Below are positions 57,954 through 64,000 of a DNA stretch of 64,000 bases, piece by piece. This DNA comes from Leptogorgia sarmentosa (Eukaryota), in NCBI GenBank assembly GCA_964658305.1, contig OZ210885.1, forward strand, positions 8,184,001 to 8,248,000. The letters are read 5' to 3'. Numbering within the stretch: position 1 is the stretch's first letter; every line of letters starts with the position of its first letter. Both the position numbers and the translations under genes were made by a program. Under the pieces are notes generated by a model. That model was not told the DNA's origin and ran no database searches. It saw only the letters and a list, made by a program, of their open reading frames with translations.

Positions 57954-60900
57954 TGCTGGGACAGTTGCTGCAATGTATTAAAATGCTGCAAAATGTCTTT
58001 TTGTCAAATTTCTGGTTGTGTAGTTTTTACTTTTTGATGGGTGTTAAGTGTAAAATACATTTTTTAATAGAGAAGCAAAATGCATGTAATATGGGGCTCA
58101 TATATCGTTTCCGTGCTACTAAAATCTTGAAGGGAATGGTAATTTCATCAGCCCAGGAGATTGACATCCTTGTAACATCAAAACATGATTGAATTCTTGT
58201 GGTATAAAGCAGCTATAAATATATGTAACACAAAACTTGTTTGCTGGGCAAATAATAGAATTGTCTTCACTATTTAATAAATTTATATTAAGCATAATAT
58301 AATTGTACTGAAAGAATGTGGGTTAGCAGAGCAAAAGCTAGAGGTTTTAGTGGTGTTTTTAGAGCAAGTGAAGGCGCTGTGTAACAGGGAATGCTCTGGA
58401 CTTATGTGCCATGCTAGGAATCACCAGCTAGGTCACAAACTACTGATGCAATATACAACTTGATGCAGCTGTACTACAGTATAAAGTCAATGATGATAGG
58501 GTTAGAGTTTCTATATCATTTATTAATGTATGTCTGAACACAGCTCGGCTTAGTCACTGCCAAGAAATTTGTATGGAATGGGTTGGAATGCCTTAGAGAA
58601 GCTGTAGGAAAAATCATTAATGAAGGGGACAACATTAGCCACTGAATTCACCAAAGTGTACAGTATATATTGTAATGAACACCCTGTTTAATATGAGAAG
58701 GTGAATTTTGATAGACTTCTATCAGCCAACGTAATTGCTGATATTATTTCACTAATATTAAATCATGATTGTAAACTTGTCATATGAAATGCAGCTATAA
58801 ATATTTGTAAGCACATCTTGCTTAGTAAGCCATATTCCCCTCATGAGCAATTTCTATTAGCATTAGTAATATCAGTATTGAAAAATTCCGTGTTAACAGA
58901 GCGAAAACTTTTAGGTTTTAGTGGAGTTTTCAGCAAATAAATTCTGATAGGGATATAAATTCGCTTGAAATGGCGATCAATACAATCATGTATGGCAAAA
59001 TATAAACGTACAGCATGAAGATTTAGCTTCCGGCTTTGGTCCTTCGCAGTTCGTTCATTATTTCGAGCATATTATACCTATTTGTAACCTTATTACGGTT
59101 GAATATATTTGTTCCGTCATTTGTGTCGTTCATGTCTAACGTATTTTCCTTTCAACGGGTATATTGCTTTCCTAACACACGGCATCTTCGCAGCTCTGTG
59201 ACGGGAAATCCTACGGGAATTTCTTTGGTTTACTAGACATTTAAATCAAACTCACCTCGTTTTTTATCCCCTGCCCCACTTTCAAATATTCGTCAATGTA
59301 GTATGATTGCGCTTATATTGACAGAGAACGAAATACATGAAACTCACTGCTACAATAAAGCACAGACTGGCTAAAATATTAAAACTCTGAGTGTAATCAG
59401 AACATGGCTTGAGAAAAGGGGAAATCCCTTTCAATTTCCGGCAGATTAAAATTCAGCCTGCGAGAACTTGAGAATGCCTTGGAAAATAATTTTAAAATTC
59501 CTTGAATTTTCCTTTAGTTTCTATCAATATGTCACTTCGATTTCTCTATCGTGCTACCATCAGACGTGAAAGTCAAACATATTTTATAACCATATTGTAT
59601 ACAAAGAGAAAATGACGGTAACACATCTATCTAAGGCTTAAAATGCCGTTTGTGAAATTCAGGTAGAGTTATGACTTTTGCTGCCTTTATTTCACTAAAT
59701 ACATCACAGTTGCCCACATTTCACTAAGACTTCTGCTCTAAAATATCATCTTGGAGGCTCAAAATGAAAGTGGAGATTAATCACAGTCTACGTAGCCAAG
59801 AGCTATGCGATACTACCCCCATTACAATCTCTAAATTTTTACCCTAACTACAGCGCGCAACTTAAACTTCACCTGATATACCAGAATATGATTTTTAATT
59901 TCTGCACATTCACTGCGGATCAGTATAGATAGTATCGTGCAAAATATAACGCGAAACCTGCTCAGCATAAGCAATTTTGCGTGCCATTCTTGATCGGTAA
60001 TCCCTTCGATTTGTAAGCGTGGATTATACAGTCTTCCTACATTCTTGTTAGCATATTATAACCCAGCAAAAAATTGAGGAAGCTACAGCCCACTCTGGGC
60101 CATGGGCTCTGCTGCGCTTGTAGAAAATAGTTCGAATTCCTCGTATGATATTTTTAAAGACTTTGTATACTACTCTACATTGCAAAGGCATAGGAAAATA
60201 TCCGCGAGTACACGCAGTCTGCATTCCGCAGTAATCGCATTGGCCGAGTCAAGCTAGGAATGTTACATTTCGATGGAAATATTTTTAATACAGCAAATAT
60301 CGTTTAATGTCATAACGTAGAGTCTTTACCGTGTAAAAGTACGAAACATAAAAGCGCAAAGATTTTTGTTCCATAACAATGATCTTCTATGAATTTAATT
60401 GAGAAGAAGAAAGCGTGGTGAACCCATGAGTAAAAACACTAAATTGCAATCCATCTTGACACTGTAGGTCCTATTAATTAATTATTCGAATTTTCTGATG
60501 CCATACAATTTTATTTGTCAAATGGAAACCACTTTCTTGTTTACTCATCCTAACTTAATGTGAAACAAATTTCATACGCAGATCTTGATCAACGTATTTT
60601 TCAAGTTAAATCCTCACTACAATATCACTTGAGTGGCAACCTAAAACATTACATCTGGTAAATATCTGTCTCAACGCGTCTTTGCGCACAATACCTAATC
60701 TCAATGGCTTTGAAGGTCAAGTATGTTTGATATTATTGTAGCTACGATCTTTTCAGTGATGTGAGATAAAGCCAGACAGAAAAACGATTTAATAAATGTT
60801 TTGGTGATTGTAATAAATGTAGTGGTGTCAAAAGAATGAGGCCGTAGTTGTTATGAAAAAATCGCATTGGGAACATTTCTTTGAAGCCGCGACACATATG

Positions 60901-62577
60901 AAATGAAATAATGATATTTGATACGAATTGTGTTTATAATGTGCCAGACTGACACAGCGAGCTAGCAACCGAAATGTTTTCAATTGCATGAAGCGCATAA
61001 AATGTCTTTAAGGCAACATGAATGCTCACTCCAATAGCTGCACTTAGGGATGGAAAATAACCACTCATTCAATGTCGTCTCTATCAATCACGTTATTCAT
61101 TTATAAGTGGAACTGCTAAATCTTCTAGTCCGACTCATTTCCTAAGCCTAACCTCGACCTCCATAATTCCATAAAGTTCCGCGTTTTTGTATCGCAGCTT
61201 TTCAAAGCCTGATTTACGCCTGCGTTGTGGATATTATATTAATTTATAAAATTTTCTGTCATTTCTCGGTCATTTCTTAGTACACACCCCACTTCGTTAA
61301 TTCTTGAGATAGTAACTTCGAAGCCAAAAAATATACTAGTGTAGTATGCTACTCAAGTTCAGTGACCTGCAGGTCTAGCAGAAACATTATCTGTATGTAT
61401 ATTAACTATAACTCTGTGTATAGTAAATCTATGAGTCTATAAATCAGGATCAAGACCTTTCGGTGATTTCAACGAACAAAGGCAACTGATACTTGTAGGT
61501 GAATCAGCAGATATCTCACATCATTACAGTGAGAATATTTCAGCGCATATTATGAAATTTCACACTAATAATCGGTCATTATAGCGATATGTAAAAATTA
61601 TGTTAGGTTAACTTTTCAATTTTAAAACCTACAATATTGTTGCAAATCATTCTGAGTCATGTCTCGTATTGCATATTTCAATAAATATGAGTAGACCTTG
61701 TTTGTGCTTTTGCCTTGTCTTATGGTAATGCAAGCTATAACAATAACATGTGTAGGTAGCATTATACAACACGCTGAACCGGGAAAATATTCAATTCGAA
61801 TCCATACATTTATCCATCTTAGAATAATTCATGTTTCTCGTATTGTATAGCATATTTGAAGATCATTTTGCACCACATTCCAAAGGCATTTGCGAGTGTA
61901 CACAGTCTGCATTCCACAATAATCGCGTTGGCTAATTGACACTAGAAATATTATGTTTCTTACCTTTATTTGAGTACGTCTATCGCAACATTTTGAATAA
62001 ATCTTTTCTTGTGCTATATCGTACGGTCTTTACGTTCAAAGTACTAAACATAAAAGTGTAAAGACTTCGAATCCCAAATAGATAATCTTCTTTTAGTTTC
62101 AAAACGAAAGTGGAAATAAATCATTAGGCTGTACGTATGCCAAGAGCAATGCCAGGAATATTGAAACCTGACACGTTAAAAATACATGGCATGTTGCTTG
62201 GGAAAACAAAAACTTCAATCAAGAGTATCGAAAGGGGGTTAACATACGCAGTTTAATTTCCTCACAGTTGAATATGGCCTCTTTCTACTACGTACGACTT
62301 GTGTTAATTATAAATTGCATTGCACATCATTTTGGCAGCCTGTTATAATTTAGTTGGTGTAACTGTAAAATTATGACTTAAAAAACATTCAAAATTAGTA
62401 ATAGATACCATATAGTGTCATAGATTAACTCGGAATAAAAATAGGTGTGGAAATTTAGCTATAAAATAGTAAACCAGAATATATAGCGAAACTCCCAACG
62501 CACTCGTGAATACCGCTGGGTTACATTAGTGCATGATGAAAATGTTTATTGGTACTGAAGCAGATAACCTTGATTGT

Positions 62578-63134
62578 CAGGCCCGCCCAGACAACGTTTG
62601 GGGCCCGGGGCAAAATTTTCCTTGGGGCCCCCTCGGAGTATACCTACATAAGCGTACGGGCTACATTTTTCCAGGGGGGGGGGGCAGAAAGATCTTTGCC
62701 CGAATTTGAGGGTAGGGAATGTCACGAGGCGCCACCATGGTTGGCGCCGAGCGAGAAATTTTTGAACTTTTACAACCTCTGGATTGCCGGAAACGGCGAT
62801 GTCAGAGTCCTAACTCCACTTTCTTCGTACGCTCGTTCAGGTGAACGACTGGAGGATTGTTGACATTACCTTATTCCTCAGATTTTTGCGCGAATTATGC
62901 TCAAAATCAGTGCCCGAATTTTCCAATTTGAAATTTTTTGGGTGCCCCCCCCCCAACCGCGGGGCCCCCGCCTCGTACGCCTATGTATACCTATACTAAT
63001 ATACAAGTAGTTAAATGAGCTTCATGTGTATATGTTGAAGTCGGAGTTGCGATTGCGAAAGCTCGTTGGGGGCCCCAACAAGCCGGGGGCCCGGGGCAAA
63101 TTGCCCCCTTTGCCCCCCCCTCTGGGCGGCCCTG
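62578..63134. mobile_element. hAT-like MITE (host of nested element)
   Basis: CAGGSCCGCCCAGA termini; 8-bp TSD TTGATTGT. Confidence 0.88.
62647..62985. mobile_element. Nested hAT-like MITE
   Basis: CATARGCGTACG termini; 8-bp TSD TATACCTA. Confidence 0.88.
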
Positions 63135-64000
63135 TTGATTGTCAATGCTTGAACTCATTAACTCCAATCCATTTACCTTATTATTTTACTCTGATGTCAG
63201 ATGATATTATTTACTGACAAAAAAAAGCGATGATTATCAATGACTTACCCATTAAATTGAAAATACACCTTGATCAGTACTACTTTATCTTTGGACACAT
63301 TCTAATGCCCGACAATTCATATTTCATTTGACAAGCGAAAACCACTGTGTTTTTAACGAGTTAGCGAAAAAGTCATCCAGAATGCTCAGTTAGAGCATTC
63401 AACTGCAATATGGCCTGATACAGCCTTCTCAATCAACCAATAACTAATGGGGCAATTTTAACTCCTCCCCGCCCCCGTTGAGACTGCGCCACTGAGCTAA
63501 AGAATTACTGGAGAGAATGCACGGCATCAAAAAGTGAAGCCAAAATTATGGCGTGGATTCATGCATGCCACGTCATATCCACGCCACTGGTTCCTAATTT
63601 TCATTGGAGAACCACTGACCACAACTAACTTTGAGCCCACTAAAGATTTGTTTTGGCGAAAATATTTTGTTTTTTACAAAGGATTTTTCGGTTTTTCTTC
63701 CTTTTTTGACATTCTGATATCATTTGCTGCCTTCAAGACGACTGGAGAAGTGGCGACATCTATTCTAGTTAGTTAAAAATTAAGCGACATAGATATTCAG
63801 AGCTCGAAAATCTCATTTGAAACTTGAAAGGTAGTCTTTTTAGAAAATATTTTATTCGTTTTTTTGCATAAAAAAGGGATTACATATACCTTTCTGGTTG
63901 AAAAAACTCTGCTTTTATATAAGGATTGTGAAACCGTTTCAGCCGTGCAAATATTCTACCTTTTCGTGTTGATTTTTTCAACATAAAAACAAAATTTCGG

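Overview
AT-rich, repeat-dense animal genomic DNA; the repeat families and immune-domain repertoire suggest a cnidarian/anthozoan (inference). Main contents: (1) an intronless, frameshifted gene (3395-6265, minus) fusing a TPT/SLC35E-type transporter to a degenerate GT32-like domain and a polysaccharide pyruvyl-transferase, cut at its 3' end by a CR1/L2-group LINE; (2) a decayed full-length Copia element plus Penelope, BEL/Pao and LINE fragments; (3) a ~6.5 kb tRNA gene/pseudogene cluster (20050-26570) with anticodon switching among tandem copies; (4) a multi-exon minus-strand gene whose eight phase-consistent exons (45281 to 31779, 1563 codons) join coiled-coil, DZIP3-type HEPN, truncated NACHT/STAND, DED, CHY/CTCHY and RING-H2 (RCHY1/Pirh2-like) domains, with a second HEPN exon upstream (48710-49295); (5) many non-autonomous DNA transposons with readable TIRs/TSDs, including two 9-bp-TSD elements carrying a tRNA-like Pol III cassette plus telomere-like repeats, a hammerhead-bearing Penelope element and a tandem DINE/Helentron-like pair. 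All calls come from manual reading; no searches were run.
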